The position numbers and the translations under genes are program-made. A stretch of DNA of 64,000 nt, taken from a virus. The DNA is taken from IMG/VR virus record IMGVR_UViG_3300026549_000035, positions 96,918 through 160,917 of that record; one strand, given 5' to 3'. Numbering within the stretch: the first letter of the stretch is position 1; the number at the start of each line of letters is the position of its first letter. The notes beneath the pieces are model-generated. The model had not been told where the DNA came from, did no database searches, and worked only from the letters and a program-made list of their open reading frames with translations. Shown one piece after another: positions 34,025-44,819 of the stretch.

Positions 34025-34203
34025 TAAAACACCTCTTTTTATTATAAATATAAATAATTAAATAATAATTCTATAATAAGTATTATCACAACCTTTTATT
34101 TTCTATATATATTATAATATATTTTTTTATAAAAATCAATTAAGGTCAAATATAGTTAATATAATTTTATTTTTTTTTATAAAATAAAAAAGGAGTTGAG
34201 TAA

Positions 34204-36817
34204 AATGGCTATAAGCATAGTAAAATTTCGGGAGAAAAAAGCATATGGGGTATATGAATTCCTATGCGATTTTGATTCAGATGTAAAGGACTTAAGAACT
34301 GATTGTGCCCCTGGAAGCAAGGCTTAGGTTGCTGAAAGTGGAAAAAATTATGTATTTAATAGTTTAAAATAGTGGAAAGAAGTAGAGAGTAGCGGAGGAA
34401 ATAGTGTTAAAATTCCAATTACTAGAAATTTATTAAAAGGAAATGATAATGGAGGAGTTAGTGTTGCTAATTCCGGTTCTGATTATCAGTTACCTTTAGT
34501 TAGTGGAACAAATATAAAAACAATAAACAATACATCAATATTGGGTAGTGGAAATATAAATATTGAAGGTGATTGGACTAGCCCTCTTGCAGATAAAAAT
34601 ATAGTAGTATTTGGAGATTCATTAACAGATCCTCAATCAGGAGGAACATCTTGGACTGAATCATTTATAAATATTGCTGAATATAATAGCTTTAGAGGTT
34701 ATGGTAGAGGTTATTGTACTTGGACTTTTAAAAACAATACTGAATATAATATAACTGATAATACAGATGCTAATGTAGGAAGTAATGTTATTTGGAATCA
34801 ATTTAATAAATTAAAACATGATGTAGATAATAATAATACTCCTATACCTGATATTATTATGATATTCTGTGCTGACAACGATATTATGCAAAATAAAACT
34901 ATAGGTAGTGAGTCAGCTACGTTTAAAGCTGAAGCACAATCTACTAATGTTAAAACATTAACAAATTTAATGGACTCTATTAGATATAATATTGATACTA
35001 TTAATGCAGAATACCCAAATTGTATAATTGTTCCAATAATACCATTATTGCCATCTCAATATACAAAAAGTAAAACTTACAGAGATGCACTAATTACTTG
35101 TTATAATAATTTAGGACTTTCTTATATTGATGTAATGTATGGCTCAGGAATTGCTTGGTATAGAGAAGTTATGAAAAAAACTTACTTTGCAGGCGATAGA
35201 GTTCATTTAAGTGAAGCAGGCTCAATGAAGGTTGCAAAATTTATTTATCAATCATTAATTACAATGCCAAGGATTCAAAAATTGCCTTCAACTACTACTA
35301 ATAAAGGTCTATACAATGTATATTATAACTTTACAAATGCAACATCTACTAACAGTTTTGCATCAGTAATGCAAGGAGAACCATATAGAGCAATAATTTC
35401 AGCAACAACAGGATATTCATTAACATCTGTAACTTGTACTATGGGTGGAGTATCTCAACCAGTTGAAGCAGGGGTTATTAATATTGCTAGTGTAACTGGA
35501 AATATAACTATTACAGCAGTAGGAGGAAGCCCAACCCCAACAACATATACTATTACAAATAATTTAACTAATGCAACAAGCACAAATGCAGCCACTTCAA
35601 TATCAGCAGGAGAGGCTTATACAGCAACTATCTCTCCATTAGAACATTATACATTGGATAGTTTAACTTGCACTATGGGAGGAGTTGCCCAAACAATAAC
35701 AAATAATACCATTATTATTGCTAGTGTATCAGGCAATATAGTTGTAACAGCTGTAGCTTCTTCAGACCAACCAACAACTACCTACACAGTTACTAATAAC
35801 TTGACTAATGCAACGAACTCAAATGCGGCTACATCCGTAACGCAAGGGGATTCATATACTGCCACAATTTCCGCAAATACAGGTTACCATATAACAAGTG
35901 TAACCTGCACTATGGGAGGTGCACAACAGACCGTGACTAATAATAGTATTAACATAGCGGAAGTGACTAGTAATATAGTTATCACAGCAGTTGCAGAACA
36001 AGACCAGCCAACCGTTTATTACACGGTTACGAATAATTTGACAAATGCGACAAATTCCAACGTAGCAACATCTGTAGAAGAAGGTGCTTCCTATACTGCT
36101 ACGATTTCCGCCAATCAGGGTTACCATATGATGAGCGTCGTTTGCACTATGGGTGGTGTGGAGCAGACTGTAATTGATAACACCATTAGCATTGCTAGCG
36201 TAACAGGCAACATAGTAATTACAGCGGTTGCAACGCAATTTGTTCCAGTTGAAGGAGCATATATTCATAATGATGGTGATTGTTGGGTTGGCACAAGTTA
36301 TGTACCAAGTAGAAGCACGACCAAAGTAGAGTTAGTGGCAGAGGTACACAACTTTACTACTACCTACGCATATTTGATAGGGTCGACAAGCACAAAAATT
36401 TGTCAATGGCAACCAGTTGCTAATTCAGTTTCGTTTATAGCTGGTGGAGCGCAACCAGGTAGTAATCAAACAACTATATCTTTTGACAAAAAGTTTACTG
36501 CTGTTGGAGATATAACCAACAGAGTATTTACAATAGCAGATGTAGACGGTACTAGGTCAACCGGAATAGTAGCAGGCCGCCAGTTCAATTCTAAGCCAAT
36601 GTGGTATTTTGCTGGGTATTGGAACGATAACTTCGAACATAAGAGTGGAGATATGAAAATATACTCATTGAAAATTTGGGAAGGCGATACTCTTGTTTAT
36701 GAAGGCTATCCTGTCAGCGATTCTAACGGAGCTGGTATGTACGACGCTATTACAGGAATTACAAACTACAACGAAGGTACGGGAACTCTAACTTACGGTG
36801 TAGATTCAGTATCTTAA
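34204..36817 (+). CDS. Tail fibre/receptor-binding protein with an SGNH/GDSL esterase domain and four tandem Ig-like repeats; 2 in-frame TAG near the N-terminus.
   Basis: Start ATG 34204 after the RBS aaaggag; ...CAPGSKA-TAG-VAESGKNYVFNSLK-TAG-WKEV...; a GDSLTD block; four repeats of about 77 aa (YTITNNLTNATSTNAATS...CTMGG...); the 3' third is GC-rich. Confidence 0.65.
35290..36230 (+). repeat. Four tandem repeats of about 231 bp encoding Ig-like domains inside the tail-fibre gene.
   Basis: The protein segment Y(T/Y)(I/V)TNNLTNAT(S/N)(T/S)N.ATS...TCTMGG...ITAVA occurs four times; GC content rises toward the 3' end. Confidence 0.6.
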
Positions 36818-37220
36818 AGAAGATTAAGATGAAGTAATAGATATAAGGATAAAGGCTATACCTATACAAAAGACAGTGCTTTAGTTTAGGTTTGGGTTAG
36901 ACTAATAAAAAATTAGACTTATACCATTAATGATATTCCTAATTTGTCAAATTTAAAAGAAATTGTTACTATGGTTCTTTCACAATCAGAAGAAGATAAT
37001 GAACAATCTCAAAAAGCAGAAGATTTTGATTATATAACAGGAAGGAATGAAAATAATGAATAAATATTTAGAAGAAGCTAAAAACATCCGAGTTAGTATT
37101 AATGATTTAGTTAAAGACGCAAGTGATGAAAAATTATTAAATAATAAAGCCGCTTTTCCTTTTTAGAATGACAATAATGTAAAATATGATATTGGAGAAA
37201 ATCTTTAGTATATAAAGTAA

Positions 37221-37441
37221 TTCAAGCGCATAATTCGCAAGCAACATGGGCTTCCAGATATAGTTCCTGCTTTATTTAAAGAAATTAGTTTAGAGGAGTG
37301 GCCTGATTGGACGCAGCCAACTGGCGCACACGACGCATATGCAAAAGGAGATAAATGTTCTCATAATGGAAAACATTGGGTTTCTAATATAGACAGTAAC
37401 GTTTGGGAACCAGGTGTAACAGGTTGGGATGAAATCGAATA
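37221..37441 (+). CDS. Conserved phage tail-fibre C-terminal domain (WTQPTGAHDAY...WEPGVTGW). It lies in the same frame as the upstream small ORF 37056-37220 but is separated from it by TAA.
   Basis: ...PDWTQPTGAHDAYAKGDKCSHNGKHWVSNIDSNVWEPGVTGWDEIE; no in-frame ATG after the TAA. Confidence 0.35.
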
Positions 37442-37500
37442 AGGAAGTATTTTTAATACTTCCTTATTTTTTTTATTTAAAATAAGGAGAGAATAATTTT

Positions 37501-37893
37501 ATGTCTAGAAATATTTATTTTAGTAATAAAACTCCGCATTTAACACATGAAGCTATATATTATAATGATACACCTTTTAAAAGTGGCGGAGGATTAAAAA
37601 ATAGTATTGTTCTTAACGTTAAAACGGCTTATGATTTAGCGGTTGAAAATGGATTTAAAGGTTCTGTTCAAGATTGGCTAAATAGTTTATAGGGAATTAC
37701 TCCTCATATTGGACAAAATGGAAATTGGTTTATAGGAGAACAAGATACTGGCATTTCTGCTTCTGGAGAATCTTCTTCTGAAGAAATAGATTCAATTTCA
37801 GAGGAAGATATTAATAATTATTTTAATTAGAAAGAAGAAAATATTTCCTTTCAAAATAATGGAAATATTTTAAATTCTAGCGATATTGACGAT
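37501..37893 (+). CDS. Tail-fibre-like protein; 2 in-frame TAG.
   Basis: ...GITPHIGQNGNWFIGEQDTGISASG...; the track ORF 37501..37692 continues through TAG. Confidence 0.5.
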
Positions 37894-37933
37894 CTTTTTA
37901 ATTAATAAAAAAAAGAAAGGAATGAAAAAATAG

Positions 37934-38257
37934 ATGGCAAAATTTTTAGATGAGAATGGAGCAGCTTATTTAGTAAATAAAATTTTACTTTTATTAAATA
38001 ATAAAATAGATAAAGAAGAGGGTAAAGAGCTCTCAGAAGAAAATTTTACTACTTCATTAAAAACTAAATTAGAAAATTTAGAAAACTATTCTTTACCGAT
38101 AGCAAATGATTAGTCTTTAGGTGGAATAAAAGTAGGTCTTGGATTAACAATTGATTCAAATGGAAAGCTTTCGGTTTCTTCTTTGGATTGGAGCAATATT
38201 ACTAATAAGCCCGATATTATTACTAATCAAGAAATTGATACGCTTTTTGAAGAATAA
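37934..38257 (+). CDS. Tail-fibre protein (LPIA..LGGIKVG motif); 1 in-frame TAG.
   Basis: MAKFLDENGAAYLVNKI...YSLPIANDQSLGGIKVGLGLTIDSNGKLSV. Confidence 0.55.
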
Positions 38258-38280
38258 AATGAAAAAAAGGGAGGGTTGAT

Positions 38281-39036
38281 ATGGATAAATATATTGATTC
38301 TAAAGCTTTAACTTATTATAATAATAAAATTAAAAAAATATATGCTCAAAAAAAAGAAATACCAACAAAAACATCTGAATTAATTAATGATAGTGATTTT
38401 TTAAGTTCTCATTAGGACATTTCTGGAAAAGCAGATAAAGCAACAACTTTAGCAGGATATGGAATTATTGATGCTTATACAAGTCAAGAAGTTAATCAGG
38501 AAATTAAAGATTATGCAGAACCATTAATGGTAGAAATTGATTCTTCAAATAAAAGATTATTAGGAAGACAGCTATATCGTACAACTGACACAAAACACTT
38601 TGGAGTTAGTTTTAAAAAATCTGGAGAAAATCCAAATCCAGATAATAATATAATTGAAATGTATTCTATTCCATAGATTGATAATTTATTAACTAATAAA
38701 TCAAATATAGAATCTGGTCTTATTGCAGAAAACAATTTAGCTTGGTATAAATATGATTCAAACTATACTTTAACAGGTTCTTATGAATTGATTGGAAATA
38801 TTTGTTTTTTACATGGATCTGCTAAATTAGTTAATGGTTGGGATAAAGTTTACTATTCTTTACCAGTTGCTGCTGCTCACAAAAGTGAAACGATTACTTC
38901 TAATAATGAAATAAAATATTCTATAGCAACAGGTTTTATTGATAATACTTCTGTATTAGAAATTAAAAGACTAGATGGAAATCTTTTAAACACAGAAGAT
39001 ATTATTCAGTTCTCATTAACATATAGATATCAATAA
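38281..39036 (+). CDS. Tail fibre/receptor-binding protein; 2 in-frame TAG.
   Basis: N-terminal ...KTSELINDSDFLSSHQDISGKADKATTLAGYG..., typical of Firmicutes-phage tail fibres. Confidence 0.5.
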
Positions 39037-39053
39037 AAGGAGGTTTTTTAGAA

Positions 39054-39296
39054 ATGGATTTTAATATTAATTATGTTTTAGAGCAATTAACAGAAAAAAA
39101 TGTTAATATTATTTTTATAAAAACTATTGAGTTAAATAATAAAATTTATGAATTAGAAAGAAGCCGAATCTGTTTTGGTAATTCTTTTTTAGGTAGACAA
39201 TAGATTGCTGATTAGTTACCAGAGTAGTATGTAAAAGCTATTCTTGAAATTTGGGGAGAAGAACCTTTATTAATAGATCCAGAACCTTCAGATTAA
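39054..39296 (+). CDS. Hypothetical 80-aa protein; 3 in-frame TAG.
   Basis: ATG after the RBS aaaggagg; a bidirectional terminator hairpin follows at 39408-39443. Confidence 0.4.
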
Positions 39297-39407
39297 AAAT
39301 ATTATATATATAAAAACAAACAAATTTGAAAGAAAAAATTGAAAGGTAATCTTTATTTGATGAGACGGTTTTTTCTACCAACCGCGCTGCGAGCAGATAA
39401 AAAGAAA

Positions 39408-39443
39408 AAAGGGGTTAGATATTAATAATAATATCTAACCCCT
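39408..39443. terminator. Bidirectional rho-independent terminator between the convergent tail-fibre block and a minus-strand gene.
   Basis: AAGGGGTTAGATATTAATAATAATATCTAACCCCTT perfect hairpin with flanking A/T runs. Confidence 0.6.
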
Positions 39444-39467
39444 TAAAATTATTTAATTAGTTCGCTT

Positions 39468-40611
39468 CGCGAACTAGATATTTATCACTCATTAACATTT
39501 CTAATGTTATATTATCTCTTTCCCAATATGGGATACGAACTAATGGAATATTATGAGATAAAGCATATTCATTCTTTTCTTTATCTCTTTGTTGTCTTTC
39601 TTTAAGAGAAGAGGATTTTTCCCATATATTATTACAAACTTCAAAATGCTATCTACCATCAAATTCAATAATACGAGAAATTTGATTATTTTCTATTATA
39701 ACAAAATCATATCGTTTTTTTGGTAAATCTGAAAAAATATATTCTTGTTGAAATTTTATATCATTATCTTGTAAAATTTTTTGAATATTTTTTTCTCCAA
39801 TAGAATAATTAATACAACCACAAGATTTAGTAACACCTCGTCTTAAAGAAACTCCATTAATAATTTTCTAATTTCCACAATCGCATTGACATAAATAATT
39901 ATAACTTCCATCAGAATCTTTTCCTGCTTGTTTTAAAACTATTAATTTTCCAATTCTTTGATTAATAATATTAATAGTTTTAGCTTGTGATATTGCTTCT
40001 ATTCTTTTACAACCACATGATTTTATTTTTCCAGAAACTAATTGTCCTCCTGCTACATAATGAATATTGCCACAATCACAATTACATTTCCAAATATAGT
40101 TAGAATTTTGTTTTTTATTTGTTTTTGATATTGCTATTAATGAACCAAACCTTTGGTTAGTTAAATCATGAAAAGTATTTTTTCCCATTTTTTTTGCATT
40201 TTCTTTTCTTAAACAGCCACAAGATTGAGTTATGTTTTGAACTAAATTTTTTGAACAAATGTCACATTCATTTCCACATTCACATTTACAATGCCATATT
40301 GCATTTCCATCTTTAGTTCGTTGTTTTATTAAATATAAAACTGTTAATTTACCAAATTTCTAATTTGTTAAATCTTTAATTTTTTTTCCTTTTAAATGTT
40401 GAGATTTTAATTTTTTACTACATTCAAGGCAAGCAATACGTTTTTGATCTATACGAATTTTTTCTATTGTACCACATGTACACTATGCCCACCAATAAGT
40501 TTTTTTATTTTTTATTTCTGCGGGTTTTAAAATTATAAACTATCCTCGAGTTTCTCCAGAATAATCTTTCATTTTAGAGGTTAAAGTAATTGTAGGTAAA
40601 TCATTAATATT
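39468..40611 (-). CDS. Homing-endonuclease-like protein: multiple zinc-ribbon modules plus a Vsr-like PD-(D/E)xK domain; many in-frame TAG.
   Basis: Contains track ORF 39868..40188 (FGSLIAISK...WKCNCDCGN...SCGC). C-terminal RYDFVIIENNQISRIIEFDGRQH...VRIPYWER. Confidence 0.5.
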
Positions 40612-40698
40612 CATTAAAAATTTCACATCCTTTTATTTTTCTATAGGATATAAAAATTAAGGGTAAAACATTAATCTGTTTTACCCTTAAAAATTTAC

Positions 40699-42252
40699 TT
40701 AATAAATACAGGAATATCTTTCTTCATTAAGTTTATCAAACATTAATGTAAAAGCGTTTTTATTTTGCATCACTTGTTCAAAAAGGTTCTGACTAAATCC
40801 AGAAATAAACTGAACATGACCTTCAGCTTTCATTGGAATATTATCTTGACGTGCGTCTAAATTCCAGAATGTAATACCTGGCATCTCATATCCTGCATTA
40901 TGCCAACGTTTTTCAATAGTTTCAAAAAGTGTCTCATTTGCAACACAATTCTCTCTACCATAGCTCCAGCGGTTAAAGGAAGTAGGACCGCCGCATACGC
41001 AGTTATTAAATTCCATATCACTCAAAATAATAACTTGTTTAGGTATATCTTCTTGAGGAATATGATTTTTAATTACAAGGTTAAGCATTTGATCAAATAC
41101 AGATTCAATGTTAGTGCTTCCACCCCAATCAGCCTTAGCAATTCTATTTACTTTATCTACAAAATCAACGCCTTCTACTTTAATAAAATCAGGATGATTG
41201 CTAAAAGTAAAGAAATGATTTGCAAAAGGTCCTGAATTATATTCTGCACAATACATACCAAGAGAAATAGCAACCGCCATGGGAGTTCCATACATACTTC
41301 CACTAGTATCTACAACGGCAATGCCATTGAAAGCATAACCATTCATAACATCATGAAGATTCTCCCAATATTTATTAATCATAAGACGCTCGACGTTATC
41401 AAGATCTTGACTTTTATCACCATAGCCGTAGCCATAACCCCAGCGACCAAAAGCCATAGCTTGCTTAGTTACTTCATAAGGATAAAGAGCCTTGGCGTTA
41501 ACCTTAGTGGTCTTATCCTTTGCGAAGTTTTCATAAGAAACTACTTCCTTCTCAGACTTCATGCGTTCAATGTCATGACGAGCAAAAGCGTTTCGATAAA
41601 TCATACCTGCGCGAGAAGGAATCTTATCGAATTCGATTTCATCCCACTTTCCAGCAGACATAAGCTTCTCAAGAACGCGAATACGTCCACGAAGAATAGA
41701 CAAAGTCTTACGATATTCACGATGACTCATATTCAAATAAGTGCGAGTCTTATTTGCAAGTCTACGTGATTCAAGTGAACTTGTATTTTCAGACTTCAAC
41801 CACTTTGCAAGCAAAGAAGGGGTCTTACTTTGAACATCAAGAGCCAACTGGTCTTTCATAATCTTAAAAGCGTCCTTTTCAAGGGAAGTCCCTACAAAGA
41901 CATAAAGGTCATCCCATCTCCGATATTCTGGAATATATTTGAGATTGCGACGCATTACTTCAGGATGTTCATGCGCAAGCCATTTTGCAATTATACGAAA
42001 AAAACGTCTTTCTCCTTGACCTCCTCTAATATCTGCGATATAAAAAAGACATTTCATCGCATAAGTCTCATTCTCTTCAAAAGCTTTTTTAAAGAGATTG
42101 ATACAGTCAACATCGCTTCTTGTGCGATAAGATGCGCCAAGAGCAAACAAGTCAAGCAAACCATTCATAGTTGACTTATAGGTTAAGGCTAAATTCTCAG
42201 TATAGGTGAGATTTTGCTTATTATCCAAAGCAGTTACAAAACGATTACTCAT
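40699..42252 (-). CDS. rsr: Ro60/Rsr-like protein: an alpha-helical TROVE-type N-terminal region plus a C-terminal vWA domain with a MIDAS motif.
   Basis: A 517-aa uninterrupted ORF. Roughly 300 aa of helical region, then GIAVVDTSGSMYG (a DxSGSM MIDAS motif) ...ISLGMYCAE...ILSDMEFN. A 240-nt leader begins at promoter copy 5. Confidence 0.55.
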   Translation of the reverse strand: MSNRFVTALDNKQNLTYTENLALTYKSTMNGLLDLFALGASYRTRSDVDCINLFKKAFEENETYAMKCLFYIADIRGGQGERRFFRIIAKWLAHEHPEVMRRNLKYIPEYRRWDDLYVFVGTSLEKDAFKIMKDQLALDVQSKTPSLLAKWLKSENTSSLESRRLANKTRTYLNMSHREYRKTLSILRGRIRVLEKLMSAGKWDEIEFDKIPSRAGMIYRNAFARHDIERMKSEKEVVSYENFAKDKTTKVNAKALYPYEVTKQAMAFGRWGYGYGYGDKSQDLDNVERLMINKYWENLHDVMNGYAFNGIAVVDTSGSMYGTPMAVAISLGMYCAEYNSGPFANHFFTFSNHPDFIKVEGVDFVDKVNRIAKADWGGSTNIESVFDQMLNLVIKNHIPQEDIPKQVIILSDMEFNNCVCGGPTSFNRWSYGRENCVANETLFETIEKRWHNAGYEMPGITFWNLDARQDNIPMKAEGHVQFISGFSQNLFEQVMQNKNAFTLMFDKLNEERYSCIY

Positions 42253-42502
42253 AATAATTTTCTCCTTTTTTTATTGCTTCCTCTTGGACAAGAGGATTTA
42301 TATAGAAAATAAAAAAGTAATTGGGGCCTCTTATAATATCCTTCCATATTCACACAAAACTTTGGAGACTTACTTCCTATGTCCTTTAATTGGTGAAGTG
42401 ATGTTTGTATACCTCCCATCCCGTCTCACGTAACGACAGCCCTATGAATAAGAATGCCGCACAATGAAAACTCAGAGTAGTGGGGAATTAATTACTTTTT
42501 TA

Positions 42503-42544
42503 TTTTCTATATATATTATAATATATTTTTTTTAAAAAATCAAT
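42503..42544 (-). promoter_or_regulatory. Promoter repeat copy 5, upstream of the Ro60-like gene leader.
   Basis: Same 42-nt consensus. Confidence 0.55.
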
Positions 42545-42620
42545 TTAAGATTTTTTATTTGCATTATTTAATCATTTTTAAAATAAAAAAAACGATAAAG
42601 TATTATTAACTTTATCGTTA

Positions 42621-42965
42621 TGGTAGGATGAGAGGGATTCGAACCCTCACTTGATGGATTTTCTTACTACTCTATGTCACCATAGCCGTATTGCTACGTT
42701 GTAGTCTGGAGCACGTCTTTACCATGTGCGGCCGCAGATAATACGACCTCATTTAGGTAGTCGGTGTATGCTCTCTACACTCAGATTTTAGAGCTTTATT
42801 TTTACCTCTATAATCTTAGCACGGCGTTCTGTTAGCGCCTTCGCCGTTTTAGCCAACTTCTACTCTAAAGATTTCTCTTTAGGCACTCTCTGGATTTTAT
42901 CCAGTCTACGATATCGTAGAGCTAACATCAAAGTCCATTGCCTCTGCCGTTGGGCTACCATCCCA
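42621..42965 (-). tRNA. Class-I tRNA with anticodon UAA, interrupted by a 268-nt group-I-like intron between positions 34 and 35 (5' exon 42931-42964, 3' exon 42621-42662).
   Basis: 5' exon GGGATGGTAGCCCAACGGCAGAGGCAATGGACTT; 3' exon AAAATCCATCAAGTGAGGGTTCGAATCCCTCTCATCCTACCA. The intron begins after U and ends in G; A73 discriminator; CCA encoded. Confidence 0.55.
42663..42930 (-). mobile_element. Putative group I intron in the tRNA anticodon loop, at the U34/A35 position.
   Basis: Same insertion position and AAAAUCC 3'-exon start as the classic tRNA-Leu(UAA) intron; no ORF inside. Confidence 0.45.
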
Positions 42966-43146
42966 TATTTTCTTTTCCAAGACGGCTCAAAATATTTTTC
43001 GGAATCGAACCGAATCGCTTTATTTTCCAGACAAAGTGTGAAACCAAATCACTATAATATTCTTGAAAGAAAATTTGCTGTATCCGTCTTTATTATTTAT
43101 TATTTTTTATTTTCTATATATATTATATATTATTTTTTTATAAAAA

Positions 43147-43860
43147 TCAATTGATATTTTTATAATCAGAACTATGGAATGGTAAATTATATCCTTTACA
43201 CCATTTTCTAATAGTGTTATCTGATACATTAAATAATAGTCCAACTTTAGAAAAATTTCCTTTATTCTATAAAAGAATTTCTTTTAATTCTTTTATAGAA
43301 GGTCTGTTTTTTACTTTTCTAATTCTCTTTTTTTCACAATTCATACATCTAGTAGCACCTTGAGAAATTTCTTTTCCACAATCACAGCATAAATAAATTT
43401 TCTTTTGTCTATTTTTTATATTTTTACTACAAAATGTATCTAATTGCCTATCGCAATTTGGACATACCCAACGTAAATTTTCTAATCTATCATCAGTATT
43501 TATTCCATTAATATGGTCTAATGTTAGAGTTAATTCTTTACCATTCCAAAAAGGTTCCTAACCACATATTGCGCATTTATATTTAGTATAATTTCCTTTT
43601 ATATACCATCTTCTTAATACAGATTGTGAAGCGGTAGAATTTTTAATAAAAATATTTTTTTCTGTTCTTTCTATCTTTTCTGGTTGTAAAAAATGTTCTA
43701 ATGAAATATTCTATTTTTTACAATATTCAATAATTATTTTTGCTGGTCTACTATTATTACTATATCCTAATTTTGATTGTAATTCTTTAATAGAATTACT
43801 TTCTTTAACATATTTTTTTAATAATTCTAAATCACATTTTTCTATATATGAATTAGCCAT
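43147..43860 (-). CDS. Free-standing HNH endonuclease; 3 in-frame TAG.
   Basis: LDHINGINTDDRLENLRWVCPNCD and several Cys4 clusters. Confidence 0.6.
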
Positions 43861-43968
43861 AAAAATTCCTCCTTTATTATCTTCTATAATAATTAAAGAT
43901 TAAAGAGGTAAAATTATAATAACTCGACCAAAAAATTATATTTTTATTTATTTTTTGGTCGAGTCGTT

Positions 43969-44043
43969 TGGCGCCGGTGCTGGGAGTCGGACCCAGACAT
44001 GCGGTTTTAGAGACCGCCGCACTAACCGTTATGCAACACCGGA
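43969..44043 (-). tRNA. Amber suppressor tRNA (anticodon CUA), probably Gln-accepting.
   Basis: TCCGGTGTTGCATAACGGTTAGTGCGGCGGTCTCTAAAACCGCATGTCTGGGTCCGACTCCCAGCACCGGCGCCA: anticodon loop CU-CUA-AA, G73, weak 1:72 pair (both Gln-tRNA hallmarks), CCA encoded. Promoter copy 7 sits immediately upstream. Confidence 0.75.
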
Positions 44044-44058
44044 TTATATATATCTCTT

Positions 44059-44100
44059 ATTTTCTATATATATTATATCAAATTTTTTTATAAAAATCAA
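44059..44100 (-). promoter_or_regulatory. Sigma70-like promoter repeat (copy 7) directly driving the tRNA-CUA suppressor gene.
   Basis: On the minus strand, TTGATTTTTATAAAAAAATTTGATATAATATATATAGAAAA, i.e. TTGATT-N17-TATAAT. Confidence 0.6.
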
Positions 44101-44261
44101 GTTTTGGTTGCCAGAGCGTCAACTCTGGCAACGCTCCCAACTTATTGGCGTAAGAAGGGTTTTTCGTGTTAATCTCGGGAAACACCGGTCGCCGCCTTTT
44201 CAAGACCGCTTCCAAAACCCGCTAGTACTAACATATATTAGGAATTATAACCTAATATATC

Positions 44262-44336
44262 TGGTACGGTGAGCAGGACTCGAACCCGCATAAGGTAGAT
44301 TAGAAATCTACTGCCTATCCTTTAGGCTACCACCGC
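44262..44336 (-). tRNA. tRNA-Arg (UCU).
   Basis: Cloverleaf with loop UU-UCU-AA; T-loop TTCGAGT; CCA encoded. Confidence 0.7.
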
Positions 44337-44726
44337 AAATAAAAATTAAGAATAATGCTCCTCAGCATAGCAATTTGCACATAATAATTCACATTTATCA
44401 ATTTCTTTATATAAAGAAAATCAAATTAATAAAGATCTTCACTATATAATTCATATTCGTGTTTATCACGTTTATATTGACGAGTAACTGCGCTTAATTG
44501 ACCATTATTCATTGCAACTTCAAATGCTTCTTCTCTTGTAAGAAATTCATTTTTAGTATTTATGAAACCTTGTTCAATTTGACTCATACCAATTTTAATT
44601 CCTAAATCATGAAGTATTGAAAAACCATCGCCATGACGACAACAAGGTATTACTACATCTGTTTCTTTAATTTTTAAAGCTGCACAAAGAATAATCATTT
44701 ACATTTTCCTTTTTTTTCTTAATAAT

Positions 44727-44819
44727 TGGCGCCGACTCCCGGACTCGAACCGGGACACCGTTTACACGATTACTGGCGGTTTTCAAGGCCGCTGCCTTAC
44801 CAGTTAGGCTTAAGTCGGC
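44727..44819 (-). tRNA. tRNA-Ser (UGA), class II.
   Basis: GCCGACT acceptor, 3-bp D stem, long variable arm, loop CU-UGA-AA, G73. Confidence 0.7.

Noticed and set aside
42981-43100. A tRNA-Ser(GGA)-like fold in the leader after promoter copy 6.
   Set aside because: Acceptor strands do not pair and the variable arm is missing for Ser. It is more likely a leader/processing sequence, although it shares the GACSGATACAGCAA start with the leader at 49200-49265.
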